64,000 nucleotides of DNA from Camelus dromedarius (Eukaryota): the NCBI RefSeq assembly GCF_036321535.1, contig NC_087436.1, positions 29,700,001 to 29,764,000 on the forward strand. The letters are read 5' to 3'. This document shows positions 13,591 to 26,935 of this stretch, piece after piece. The notes below the pieces were generated by a model. The model did no database searches, was not told where the DNA came from, and worked only from the letters and a program-made list of their open reading frames with translations. The first letter of the stretch is position 1; each line of letters opens with the position of its first letter. Made by a program: the position numbers and the translations under genes.

Positions 13591-16289
13591 AAGTGAATTT
13601 TAGTATTTTTAAAAAATCCAGTTTTTCTGGGAATTCATTAAGTGTGGCTGACCCAGAACTAAAAATCATCTGTAAGAAATTGGTATAAATCTTAGTTATA
13701 GGGTTTTCTCTTCCCTTCTACTCTATCCATCCATTTTTTTTTCCTAAAACATAGGTATTCAGTGATACAAATTACTTAATTTTATTTTCTGATGTCCTTT
13801 GCTTCTTTTTTTGTCCTTATCATTCAATTTTAAAATTCTTTATAACTTCTGAGGAGAAATAATAAACCCCTTAATATTTAATTTTAGACTTCATAACATA
13901 AAAATAGTATAAAACCTTGTACTAAATTTTAACAGCAGTTACATTTTGTACTGTCACAGTTTCCGTAGCAGCAAATGGATAGTTGTTGTGGTCAGTGGTT
14001 CATTGCACAGTGATCTCTGATTAAGTTTTTATAATAATCACTTTTGTCTTTTAATGGAGAATAAATATTAATTACTACTTTGTGATTCATATCACAGTAA
14101 AAGTAGTTGTAGATTTAAATCAAAATTTCAGCCATATTCTGCTGAGACTTTAAACACAGTAGATGACAAGAAATGCCTTATAAATATCTAACTCAAATGG
14201 AAGACTAATAAACAGAATTTTAAAGAATTTTTAAATGTTTCCCTGTCAATGTATCAGTTCAGAAAGCAGGTTTTTATTTAGCATGCTATTAGATGAATTA
14301 GTGTTCTTGATTTGTAAATGTGTTCTTCCATTGCAAGTCAAAGCTGCAGAGTAATACACTGACTAAACTAGGATAATATACTTGACTTCCATCTGAGAGA
14401 AAAACATTATAAAATGTTGGTTTTGGTTACAATGGCACTAATATTTGCTGAAAATTTATTATAATAGCTATGTAAATCACTTATATTTAGAATCAGCTAG
14501 ATTATGTAAGTAAAACAATTTCAAAATAATTAAGATATTTATTATGCAAATAGATGAAAAACCTTAGCAGAAGCTCCTTTGTACAGTGTACCACCTACAC
14601 AGCAATGCAAAGTAGGCTTGGGAGAGGTATGGGATAAAAAAAACCAGATCCTCAGAGCCAAGTAAAGAAATAGAATGTATTTATCCTACACATTGACTGA
14701 CTAATAAACAGCAAGAGGAGAGGATATTTGATTTGAGTTTAATTAAGGCAAACATTTCTTCCTAAGAGAATCATAACTGTAAGGAATTCACTAGATGGAG
14801 AAAACAGGGCAGGGTTTCCATGTGAAAAAAAAGATTCTGATGGCCTAATGAAATATGGAGAAAATAATATAATAAAAACTTACAGACTCAGACCCATAAG
14901 GTGATGATTCTTAGTTCTCACACACAAAGATGACCTAGTAATAATTATTTGGTTACATTTTTTTTTAAACTCTGCTTAAAATCAGAGTTGGTCCTGAAGT
15001 TAAAACAATGGCTGCATTTGCAGGTAGGAATCACCACAGTTTTAGGTTGAAGAAATGTGCAGAATCAGAGTCAAATAATAATAATGAGATAGATACAGTC
15101 CATCAACTAGGTATAATATATATTTTTGTTTCATACCAAGCACATATAATCAGTTTATTAAACAGTTTGATTTGGAGTGCTATATGTATGAATTGGGTAA
15201 CTTATTTCTCAATCACTGGTTTAAAACATCTTTCAAAGATCCTTTCTCTGCTTTTCACATCATCTTGCACAGCAGATTCCATGATTTCAAGCCACTGTCA
15301 AGCATTTAAAAAAAAATTAAAACTTTAATCCCATTTTTAATTAAAAGCTCTCCCTCCTTTACTACTATCAGTGCTGTTCCCGTCAAGCAATTTTGAGGAG
15401 AAATGAAATGTGGATATCTCTCCTTCCTTCATTGGATTTTCTGATCTCCAGTGTGTTGGGAGCCAAAGGAGGGAAGAAGGAAACAAGCATCCCTTAGTAA
15501 ACAAATATACTCCTTGAGGAAGTCTCTGAGTATCTAGGCAAGGTTGGCTGGCCTCTGTCAGGTACCTGTTGTGTAGAAAATGCCCAATGGCCAGATGACT
15601 TTGAATACACAAGTACAAATTTCTCAGAGAACTGTGGAGGGGATATCCTTGCTCAACAGTTTTAAGAAGTGTTATCTGTTTAGATTCAATGTATTTTTGC
15701 CCTTCCTTTCCTTTCTTAGCTCCAATTGCAGAAGTACATTGCACAGTTTTGCCTGGGAAGTCATTTTTTAACTCTCTTTTTTTTTTTTTTTTGATGAGCA
15801 ACATCTAAGACAGTTCAAACGCCACTGAATTCCATGGCATTCCTAGAAATATACTCATCCTTGTCAAACAAAATCAAATGGTGAGAATGCACTTTTCTCC
15901 ACTTCTGAAACATCTAGTTTCCCTAATCTTTCTCCTCAGCTCTCTCTGCGCTCAATCAGGCATTAATCTCAATTTAGCTGATCCTCTACATGAACAGCCT
16001 TCAAATCTAAGTGTCTGACATCACGTTCTCCTTTGTTCAGGCACCCAAGTCTCTATAAATATTTTCTTTGAGCCTCTTCACTTCACTTGTGTATTTTCCT
16101 CACATTTTTTTTCTACTTTTCTTTTTTTCTGCTTTTTATTTGGGTGTAAGTAAGTGGAGGAGTTGAACTGGTGGTTGGGGATCTGCTAACCAATTATTTT
16201 CAATTCCCTTTAGAAAATGTGGCCCTTAGAAGCAGTTAAATTTTAGCTTGGAGTCATAGTAGCCAATATTAGGGCATCTAGAAGAGTCT

Positions 16290-17280
16290 CATATTACAAC
16301 TTATTTTATATTTTAATTACTTATTCAGAAATGCCTAGTTTCCAGCACATTGAAAATATGCCTTTAGTCTATTTATTGATTGGCTAGTGTAGTTCAAAAG
16401 TAATAGAATAACTTCTTCTTTCATAAAGCCTGTATTTCAGAGGTAGAAAACAACAACCCACAGCAAACAAAAAATATAAATTGGTTTTTAAGTGGATTAC
16501 ATGTTGTCAAGACAATAAAACTGATGTGATAGATAAAGGGTGACTGTGATAGAAGCAGAACCCTAGACAGGGTCATCTGGAGAGGTTTTGAAGGAAATAT
16601 CTAAGTTGAGATCCCAAAGATAAGGGGGGAAATGGTCATATAAATACATGAAGACAAAACTTAAATGCAAATGTCCATAGGAGAAGTAATAATGAAATAT
16701 TTCAGGGAAGAGAAGAAGGACCAGATGGACCTTGAGGCTTGAGTTTATGACGTATAGTATGAGGAACAGAATGGCCTGAGAAGTGATCAGATGTGGGAAA
16801 TGGTTTAGGACCTAGTTGTACTTGATTAGGAGTTTAAATTTTATTCTAAGTGTAAGGCAAAGTCACTGAAAGGTTTTGAGCATGGAATGGCAAGATTTAT
16901 GTTTTGAACAGAGGAATATATTTTAACAGATGAAGATAAAAGTAAGGAGGATTTTGGAGGAGAGAGATGATGACAACAGGAACTAAGGGAGTAAAATAGA
17001 GAAAGAAGGAAAGTGGATTAGAAGTATATTCCCTAATGTAGTACAGGAAGAATACATACGTTTTTCAGTGAGTCTGGATAATAAATTATGGGAAAGAGAG
17101 GTATCAACCATCAGTACAATATTTTTACCTTGGACCTCTGGGTGCAGAGTGATGCCTTTTATATAGATAGGGATGAGCAGTCAAAGAAAAGTTTTGTGGA
17201 GATAAAGAGAAATAAAATGATTTCATTATGGGCACATTACATTTGAAGTGTCTACGGAATATTCAGGTTTAGATACAGGA
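16290..17280 (-). mobile_element. L2 LINE remnant
   Basis: Purine-rich antisense L2 motifs: ggagtttaaattttattctaagtgtaaggcaaagtcactgaaaggttttgagcatggaatggcaagatttatgtttt. Confidence 0.65.
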
Positions 17281-17602
17281 CCTAAACAATTGCTTAACTG
17301 AAACAGACACTACCAAATGCCATACCCCAATTAGAAGACGAAATTAGGATTTAAAATGAATTACTAATGGCCAGTAGTAGATCAGCATTGGGGTGTCACT
17401 AGGAACTGCTGACACTGAGGTCTCACAAGTTCTTACAGACTGTTCTTCCAAAAACTTCACTAGAAACTTAAGGGACTATTAGGGGGAAATTCTGAGAAGC
17501 CACCTCCCTGGCCTGAATGGGAAAGAACAGCAGCACTACTACAGAAACTCCACCCGGATATATCTTACGTATCTCTCATATGGAACAAAAGCCTCAATCC
17601 AC

Positions 17603-18843
17603 TGTATCAGACACAGTTCTCCAGAGAAACAGAAGCAGCCTCATATATATGCATATAGAAAGAGATTTATTATGAGGAATTTACTCATGCAGTTATGGAG
17701 GCTGAACTATGGAAAACAGTATGGAGATTCCTTAAAAGACCAAAAAATGATCTAGCATTCCCACTCCTCAGCATATATACAGAAAAGATGAAAACTCTAA
17801 TTTGAAAATATATATGCACCCCAGTGTTCATGACAGCATTATTTATGAGTCAGGACATAGAAATAACCAAAATAACCAAAATATCCATCAACAGCCATAA
17901 AAAATGAAGTAATGTAATTTGCAGTAACATGACTGGACCTAGAGGTTATCGCACTAAGTGAAATAAGTCATATAGAGAAAGATAAACATTGCAAACATCA
18001 TATGATATCACTTACATGTGGAATATAAGAAAAACAATACAAATTAACTTATTTACAAAACAGAAATAGACTCACAGACATAGAAGAAAAACCAAAGGGG
18101 AAAAGAGGGGAGAGGGATAAATTGAGAATTTGGGATTAGCAGATACAAACTACTATATATAAAACAGATAAGCAACAAGTACTTAGTGTATAGCACAGGG
18201 AACTATATTCATTATCATGTAATAACCTATAATGGAAAAGAATTTGAAAAAGAATATATATACGTGTCTATGTATGTGTGTGTGTATATACATATATATG
18301 TGTATATATATATATATATGAATCACTTTGCTGTACACCTGAAACATTGCAAATCAACTATACATCAATTAAAAAAAAAAAAAACAACAAATCGTGGAGG
18401 CTGAGAGTTCCCAAAGTCTGAAGTTGGCAAGCTAGAGAGCCAGGAGGGCTGATGATATTTTCCAGACTAAGCTGAAGGCCTGAGAATCAGGAGAGCTGAT
18501 GGTGTACATTGCAGTCTAGAAGCCAGGAGGCTGGAGACTAAGAAAGCCAAATGTTTTAACTTGAGTCCAAAAGCAGGAAGAGATTGATGTCCTAGTTCAA
18601 ATACTCAGGAAAGAGGACTTCACTCTTATTTACAAGAGGGTCAGACTTTTTGTTCAATTTAGACCTTCTATTGATTGGGAAAGGGCCATAGACATTAAGA
18701 ACAACCTGCTTTACTTATTCTATAAATTCAATAGTTAATCTCATTCAAAAAAATACCTCGTAGACACAAACAGAACAATGTTTGACCAAATATCTGGGCT
18801 CCCTGTAGCTTGATCATGTTGACACATAACAATAAATATCACA
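17603..18843 (-). mobile_element. MLT2 (ERVL) LTR, split by an L1 insertion
   Basis: Starts tgtatcagacacagttctccagagaaacagaa and ends gttgacacataacaataaatatcaca, matching the reverse of the MLT2 ends. The two halves are 17603-17705 and 18390-18843. Confidence 0.8.
17706..18389 (+). mobile_element. 5'-truncated L1 3' end (cetartiodactyl type)
   Basis: ORF2 C-terminal and 3' UTR motifs (actatggaaaacagtatggag; gtatagcacagggaactatattc; gaatcactttgctgtacacctgaaac) and a poly(A) tail. TSD core TGGAGGCTGA at 17696-17705 and 18395-18404. Confidence 0.9.
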
Positions 18844-20688
18844 GGGAAGAACAACAACATTCTTGGCTTCCAGCCTGAGGGTATCAGTGTAAACCCTCTG
18901 CAGTTAGGTGAGGGAGACAAGGAAAAACAACAATAGCAAAATAGCTCTTATCACCGGTGAAGGAATAGAAGTACATGCTAAAATAATCTTTACATTTAGA
19001 GGAAGTGTGAAACATCTGTGAAGGCCACACCTCCAAGACACAGGTCACAGTGCCTGCCTAATACTGAGAAAACACCAACACACACACACACACCACCATC
19101 ACCATAACACTAACAATAACTGAGTAAAAACAGAAGAATACAATTGTGACTGTTGCAAGGGACAGATTCTCCTGAGAGAGCAGTAGAAAAAGAAGATCCA
19201 GGCCAAGAGAAAAGACAAAAATAAAGTATCAGTATGCCTTTTCTTCACCTCTCCTATGTGACCTAGGTTAATTGGGGTTTCATAAGGCAATACTTGAGAC
19301 TTATAGTAACTTCAGCACTTCTGTCACGCTAGCATTTTTCTTCTATTCATTATTTTTTTCAATGTAATATATTGAATGTAACATTTTTCAATGTATTTTA
19401 GCAAATAAATCATACTGGAACAAGCAGAAAATATAAAATCTATTCATCTATTCTGTCTTTGTAAAATATATTCAATTAAAGAATTTTTCATTCCACTTTG
19501 CTTTCTAGGACACTAAAAGTATACACACCTGCCAGATACCCTATGATTTAAGTTTAGTTTATGTTATGGGTGTTACTTGTCATTTCCTCTTGCCTACTTC
19601 TGAACTGTATTTTTACATTGAGAAATGCTGCCCTTTGGAAAAACTGAATAAATGGATTTAAAAAGTCAGTGCAACCCACAAAAAACAATAAAAATTCTGT
19701 GCCTTTCCCAATTACTTCAGGATTATATAAGATTTTGCAGGATTTATGTGTTACATTTAACTTCCTCATTCTTCAAAATAGCCTACCTTTGAAACTTCAA
19801 CTAGTATTGAGAAATACGATGAGAGATTAATAAGTATATTTAATATAATCAAGAAGTGAACTTCTTTATTTAGCTCTGTAATTTCCTGTGTGCATGTACT
19901 ACTTAATCTTTAAAAAAAACACACCAGTATAGCACATGTATTAATTGACATGGAGACAACTGTTGGTGTAACAGAACTTTTGAAATCATTTTACACAACA
20001 CATTAATAGTTAAACTGATTCATTAGCAGTGATGTGTCCAATTTTTAACAATATTTACTTGAAATTTAGTAAAGGTAAATGTTTCCTAACCTCACAATAT
20101 TTTACATGTTTATTAAATATATATTTTTCAGTATGAAGGCTCAAATATACCACGTATACATCTTTCCTTGACTTTCCACATCCTTTATTGGTGAAAATCA
20201 TATTCAATTTGGAATTATGGAAGAGACGTGACCTATATAAAAGAAATCACTAGAAAAATCTAAGTCTTTGGTGGTTGTTCCTCCAAGTTTGATTAATTAT
20301 GGAGCTGCTCCTTGAGACACAAAGAGGGAAATCAGGCAAATGCAATATAGTTTACTTCAACCTTTGATATTATAACATTAGTTTACCATAAGGACAAATG
20401 AAGCTCAGCAATTATATGGTTGACAATTGTAACTCTCTACTCTCAGTGGAGGTAACTATAAATCACAAATTATGGTGCAAATGCTGTTTTTCTTCCTTCT
20501 GAAATTCAAAATTAGCTTCCAGTTTAGAGCTCTCAGGCACATTATAACTTTATTTTAAATTATATTAGGTTTTTATAAATCAAATAATCAAAAATGTTTC
20601 AGTTAATGCCACTTTTAAAAATATAACATTAGTAAAAATCATTTAATTAGTAGACAAAGCCTTTTTCAGTATAAGGTCTTTGGAACTT

Positions 20689-20750
20689 TGGTTATATCTA
20701 ATTTAACTTAGATAAAAACTGGTTATTCCTAGTTTAACTTAGATAAAAAC
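20689..20750. repeat. 31-bp tandem duplication (2 copies, 28/31 identical)
   Basis: tggttatatctaatttaacttagataaaaac / tggttattcctagtttaacttagataaaaac. Confidence 0.9.
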
Positions 20751-20805
20751 ATGTAATTATTGTTTTTTCATGACACACCATTTGATTTTCAGTAAAGGTC
20801 CAGAC

Positions 20806-20969
20806 CAGCACTGTCTAGTAGAAGTTTCTGCCATTACAGTGGATGCTGAACATTTAAAAGGTGGCTACTACTATTAAAATACTGAATTTTAATTTTATTT
20901 ATTTTAATTAATTTATACTTAAATGTAAATAGCCACATGACATTGGTAGATACTATTTTTGATACACAT
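20806..20969 (+). mobile_element. MER3-like hAT-Charlie non-autonomous DNA transposon
   Basis: cagcactgtctagtagaagtttctg...actgaattttaattttatttattttaattaattt...aaatagccacatg resembles MER3. Confidence 0.75.
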
Positions 20970-22949
20970 GTTCCACAGTTTAAATTGCATAGCCAGTGTG
21001 CTACTGAGTCTGGGACATGGTATATAGTGTGTTGTTTCCATTATATAACTTAGCTCTGTCAATCTTGATAAACCCCTTGGATAACATAACATCTACTGAA
21101 GATTGATTACAAATATAAACTGACAACAGATATTTCATCTAATTATGAGAAGACAATGAAATGAATAATCAGAAATGTATTCTATTGTTCTATTCACCTT
21201 TGATCTACAACTATGCTGAATAAAGACATAAGAACAGGAAAAATCAATTTTGTGCTTAAAACTCTTCAGAAATACAAGCTATGCTTAGACATATAAATAA
21301 TTTAAAAATAGTATTTATTTTCTGTATAAGTTAACCTATACTGCTTTCAAATATTCAGTCCATTAAAAAATGCATCCTAAATTTTGCACTTCTTGACCTG
21401 GGAATAAAATGTTGAGTTTAAATATTTTGGGTTTTATTTATGTTTCAATTATATTAAACAACTTATATTTTATGAGGTAGTAGTTTTTAAATGCATTAAT
21501 AAGTGAAAAATGAATAATCAATTCACCTACATAAAAATTATTATATTTCAAGCCATTTCCATTAAGCTAAACATATGACAAAGACAAAAGCCTGCCAGAC
21601 GGGTCATACCTGGTGAGCTGAAATACAGAGACAAGACTGTGTGTTATAAAAATATGCCATCAACTCTCTAAAAAGAACTTTCACAAATGATTCCATAATG
21701 TTCTTTTTTAAATCACCCATAAATAGGTCCTACCTAGATTAAACTGATAACTAAAAATAGAGAACAATTACCAACTTGGTCTATTAAAATACAAACTTCT
21801 TTCTTACTGAAATATTGCCTATGCAAATATCCATTATGGCAAATATTACTTACTTTGTTTCCCAATTACTATCTGAACTGGGGCTGTGTTCATAAAATAT
21901 AGTTTCTTAATTTCCCCAATTTGTTACTATTATGTATTTTTTTATATTCTAGTCAAATCCACTGTTAGTATTATACTATTGCCATCTTATATGTAAATAA
22001 CATGGACTCTGAAGCCATCTAACAATTTTCTCTAATTTTTCATATCATACATTATAAAAAAGAAAATATAAATAATATCTTTCTTTAAATCTAATTAAAG
22101 AATTTGGAGATAACATTTTTCTCTCTGTTGAGTAGTAGAGCGGCTCTCTGAACATTTAACCTTAACTGCTACATATCATTATATATTCCTTGAGCAGTTC
22201 ACATGAAGAAAGATCAATAGACCTTCAGTATACTAGTTAGCTGTTTCCACTGCCTCAGAGAAGCAAAGTGCTGACAAAACACTACATGACAATGACTATG
22301 CCTCAGACTAGTCTCAGTTGAGAAACAGAAGAGACAATTTTTTTACCTTACTCTTTACAGAGTACAGAAACTCACAACATTTAGAAAGTATATTGAGCCT
22401 TCATAAAAAAAAAAAACAAAAAAACCCAAGAAGACAATAAGTCACGGTTGACAAACACATGGCATTCGAAAACCATTTAAATGAAATATAAATCTATGAA
22501 AATAATAAATAAAACTAAAAAGTGTTCTTCAGTTTAACTATGCAATCCTAGAGAACTTCTTAAATCTTTTATTTATAGTCACTATTTTTATTTTTAGCAA
22601 ATAAGATGTTTCCAAGCTCTTATCTCCATACTCATAATACTCTTCAGACTGAAAACAAACGATGAAAATTCAGCTTTAAGGATGTGGATAAAAATATAAC
22701 TGAAATAATAAGAAGCAGATAGCTTTTACATGTCATATGGCAGGACTCACTACTAAGCAAATGGCAGTAAAAGTCGAATGAAGTTACTGAGTCATGATTT
22801 CCACTTTTAAGGGGCAAAAAAAGAAAATGAATTAGACACAGAAGCAAGTTTTCTAATTACTTTTAAAATTATAAAATTAACATATAAATAAAAACTGATT
22901 AAAATCAACTTATAAAAATTATACAAGAAGAGTTGATATTAAAGAAATA

Positions 22950-23160
22950 GCAAACGTTTTAAAGTACTTATTATGCATTAGATAAGATTTAGCACAGTAA
23001 CTAACACACTGATGTATCATTAGCAAATACATCAATGTGTTAATTCCTATTACTATCCTTACTTTACAGTAATTTGCCAAACATAACAAAGTAAGTGGAA
23101 GAGTCTGAATTCAAATATAATCAGTGAGGCTGTAGACCCTCACCCTTAGCCCCCTGTATT
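22950..23160 (-). mobile_element. MIR SINE remnant
   Basis: tattactatccttactttacag...gtaatttgccaaac...agtaagtggaagagtctgaattcaaa resembles MIR. Confidence 0.45.
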
Positions 23161-23279
23161 ACTTGACTTCATGATCCCCTCCAAATTCTTGTTTACTACC
23201 CCCAAACCCTTTTTCCTCCTCTAAAGAAATAGTTCAGTAGGTTTATTCCAATCTAAATGTATTTGTGCCATATATACAC

Positions 23280-23430
23280 TTACTCATTTATTCAGCAAAT
23301 ACTTTTTGACTTAATAATATGAGAGATCTTATACTAGTCACTGGATTTACAGTACTGAACTAAGCTGTCATTTTATCTACCCTTAGGAAGGTTGTAATTT
23401 AGCCAGCCAATAGACAAATGAACAGTCACA
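23280..23430 (-). mobile_element. L2 3' end
   Basis: ctcatttattcagcaaatactttttga...ctggatttacagtactgaactaag matches the reverse L2 terminus. Confidence 0.55.
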
Positions 23431-23439
23431 TAAACATAA

Positions 23440-23800
23440 GGATTAAAAGAAAAGAGTTATTGTTTCTATGCTAAAAGTGAGTTGAAAAACTTTGGAAACA
23501 TTGAATAAAAGTAATTTGATAAAATGAATGTAGGAGAATATTAGAATATGAAAAAAGGAGAAGAAATTAAAACTACAGTAGGATTTTTGCCTTAAGATTT
23601 TTTTACATCTTTAGTATCTAATTGTACTCCAAGAAAGCTGAAACTACAAATCAATGATGAAACACCATGGTTTTAAGTGATGGAAGAAAGATGATATGGG
23701 ATTCTGCTCAGCACACCTGTATTGAAAGAAATGCCTTGGCATTTATCGAGAGAGTGCAAATAAATATAGATTTATTTGGTTTAAGTTAAAATGAAATATT
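23440..23800 (+). mobile_element. Tigger (TcMar/pogo) DNA transposon remnant, N-terminal CENP-B-like HTH region, decayed
   Basis: Frameshifted translation gives KRVIVSM.., TLETLNKS and KKLKLQINDETPWF*VMEER*YGILLSTPVLKEM, resembling a Tigger transposase N-terminus. Confidence 0.6.
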
Positions 23801-24524
23801 TAATTATTTTTTCCTTAAGAATCTACTACTAAGTATATGAGATAAAGATAACATATATACTTTTATTTACTAGTCATTTCTGAAGTAGAAATGATGGTTA
23901 GTGTATATAGTAGGTATATATTTTTAAATCAAGTTAGATAATGTGATAGTTCTACTTTATTACATGTATTAGAATTTTTGTAGCTTGCCATGTGATAAGT
24001 TTTCACAAATATTTTATAGATGTTTAGACAGAAATTTTATTCCCTCAAATACAAAAAAATCTAACACTAATGTATTTCTCACTTTTCTGTAGTAGATAAT
24101 CTTTCATTTTCTTTGAAAATTCTTATGATTTATTCTTTTTTCCTCAACATTATGAAATTACATTAGAATACGTCCAGGTGTAGCCATTAAAAAAATCATT
24201 CCTTTTTGCTTCTCTTGGTACTATTAACCTTTACATATTTTTGTTCTGGGGAAGTACTTTTAAAATCAATTCTCTAAAAATATACATGTTGAACCTACAA
24301 TGTCCTAAATATAATTATAGCACTTTGGATATATCAATGAAAAACAGAGACAAAAATACCTATTTTCATGCAGGGTCTATTCTACATTTATTTTTAATTT
24401 GATTATTTTATTCTCTTCATTTTGCCCTTCTAGTAAAAACTAAATTATTTCAAAAAGCTGCCAGACAGTAGTGAGTACAAACTTAACAATGAGAAATACA
24501 TTGTGAATCACACTCTCTAAAAAC

Positions 24525-24558
<34 letters not shown>
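24525..24558. repeat. (TA)n microsatellite
   Basis: Near-perfect AT dinucleotide run. Confidence 0.9.
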
Positions 24559-25564
24559 TTTCCAACCTTGTCTGTGTGAACAAAGTCTCAGCATAGTTAC
24601 TGACAAAGCAAATAGATATGTCTTAACATGTAACATGCAGCATGTGGTAAAATTAACATACAATATTTTTATCCTTATGTAATTTATCCACACTTTATAG
24701 ACATGTCACTTCACCCTGTTGGTTCAGGGCTAGTTAACCTGACATTGGTCCACTCACTTATAGGAGATTGTTCCTCCAGTCTAACCAATCAGATTAAGCA
24801 TAGACTTGTAAAAATTGGTTCTGGAAAGTAGAAAACAAAATGAAACAGAGATCATTGTGATGATCTTTGACTAGTTCAAAAGTCTTCAAATGCCTGTAAC
24901 CTAATTTGTATTTAATTTCATTTAGAGACTTAAATAATTCATTTAGTCTAAAGTAGACTTTGTTATGGTCAATAATTGTCAAACTGTCACGTCATCATAG
25001 TACAATGAATATAAATATTAACATAAAGCAAGTAAAAAAGTAATATCAGGTTAACATTCTGATTCATCAAACTAGAGTAGACTTTTCTGTGGCAAATATA
25101 TTTCAAGCACTAGGTCACTGAAAGGGATTTCTGAGCAATGTTCGTATCTGTATCACTCAAGATTAAAAAACACAGCATAGCTGATGCTCAGTAAGTAGTT
25201 ATGAGCTGACCAAGTAACTAATTAGACTCCTATTCTTGAAGAAAATTGCATCTTAAATATATTCTTTTAAATTTGTATTTTATTGAGAAAGTAATAATAA
25301 TTATTACTTTTAAAAGAAAAGTTAACCTATGTTTTAATTAAACATGCATTTTTTTATCTGTGTGAGAATTATTAACTTTCAGTAGAGCTTATCTATCTAT
25401 AACTGTTCTATTTTTAAAATAAAATTAAATAATGAATAAACAATAATTTAAACATTGGCATATTTATTTTTAACCTATTTTCTTACTTATTTTATTTTGG
25501 TGAAAGACCAACAGAATGCTTTGCTTTAATGTGTATATGTGTGTGTGTGTGTGTATTTTTCAAA

Positions 25565-26340
25565 AATCTGTGATAAGAATGTAGAACAACAGGAAATTTC
25601 ATTCATTGTTAAGTGGGCATGCAAAATGGTATAGCCACTTTGGAAAACAGTTTGGCAGCTTCTTACAAAACTAAACATACTCCTACCCTATGACCCAGCA
25701 ATTTCACTTCTGGTTATTTACCCAGAAGAGTTGAAATTTACTTTCACAAAATAACATGAACACAAATATTTATAGCAGCTTTGGTCACAACTGTGAAATT
25801 CTGAAAGCAAGCAAGATGTCTTTCAACTGGTAAATGCATAAATAAATTGTGATATAGCCATTAATATAAATATCATTTACTCTAAAGAGAAATGAGCTAT
25901 CAAGCCATGTTAATATATAAAGGAATCATAACTGCCTATTGCTAAGTGAAAGAAGCCAATCTGAAAAGGCTATACACTGTATTATTACAATTATATGATG
26001 TTCTGGAAAAGAAACTCCGGAAATAGTAAAAAGATCAATTGTTGGCTGTGAAACTATTCTGTATAATACTATAATGGTGGATATATGACATTAAGCTTTT
26101 GTCAAAATCCACAGAATGTACAAAACAAAGAATGAATCTTAATGTAAACTATGGACTTTGGATGATAATGATGTGTCACCATTGGTTCATCCAATATAAC
26201 AAGTGTATCATACTAGTCAGGGATGTTGCTAATGAGGGAGGCTATTCACGTGTGGGGCAGTAAGTATATGGAAAATCTCTGTATTTTCCCCTTATCTTTG
26301 CTGTTAACCTAAAAGTATTCCAGAAAACAAAGTCTATTGA
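25565..26340 (+). mobile_element. L1MC-type LINE 3' end
   Basis: gcaaaatggtatagccactttggaaaacagtttggcag; gaaagaagccaatctgaaaaggcta; aatgtaaactatggactttgg; gtatatggaaaatctctgta. Confidence 0.85.
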
Positions 26341-26377
26341 TTTTCAAAACAGTCTGCAGTCAGAAAAAGATATATTT

Positions 26378-26417
26378 AGACGACATCGGGCGCGTTCAGG
26401 GTGGTATGACTGTAGAC
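26378..26417 (-). pseudogene. 5S rRNA fragment (nt 1-40), tailless retropseudogene
   Basis: Minus strand reads GTCTACAGTCATACCACCCTGAACGCGCCCGATGTCGTCT, 37/40 identical to the mammalian 5S rRNA 5' end. Flanked by AGAAAAAGAT[A/G]TATTT(A) direct repeats (26362-26378, 26418-26434). Confidence 0.93.
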
Positions 26418-26935
26418 AGAAAAAGATGTATTTAAAAGCAAAAAGGAACTGCTAGAAATTCATTATGATTTTATTTTTAAGCCTTTAAAATTTACTCATT
26501 TTCCCTCCAAAACGATTAAATTTATTAAGGTGTGTCTGAGGTGGCTATTTATTTTTTTAATTTATCTTCTCTGTTTTCTTTGTGTCAAATATTTAAAGAA
26601 ACCAACAAAAAAGGACATTAATTTTGTAATTCAGCAAACCTTGATTTGTATACTAGCATCATTACTTCGTAGGTGTAATAATTAGTCATAAGTATAATCT
26701 TTTCAAACTACAATTAGCATAAAGTAAATAGTAAATAAAAATAAAATTGTGGCTATTATGTTGTTTTTCATAGAGCATGTTTCTTTCTCTTAGGAAAAAA
26801 ATGTGAAAAAGAACTGAAAACAAACCTTATTTTTTGAAAAAAAAATGGAAGGAAATCATATTGTTATGATTTTTAACCTAAAATTAATTTTGGGGAAACT
26901 TAGATATCCTCTTAGTACACGGGTAAGCAGCTTGC

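Larger units (their letters stand above)
17370..19235 (+). mobile_element. Old L1M 5'-UTR-like remnant, interrupted by the MLT2 LTR
   Basis: ggaacaaaagcctcaatccac resumes as gggaagaacaac after the LTR. The downstream gaaggccacacctccaagacacagg...gcctgcctaatactgag resembles old L1M 5' ends. Confidence 0.4.

Noticed and set aside
15337..15804. 155-aa minus-strand ORF as a protein-coding gene
   Set aside because: Starts across a homopolymer (poly-Lys), has no recognisable domain and no supporting exon structure.
20689..20750. CRISPR-like repeat
   Set aside because: Only two adjacent copies with no spacer, in mammalian DNA without cas genes.
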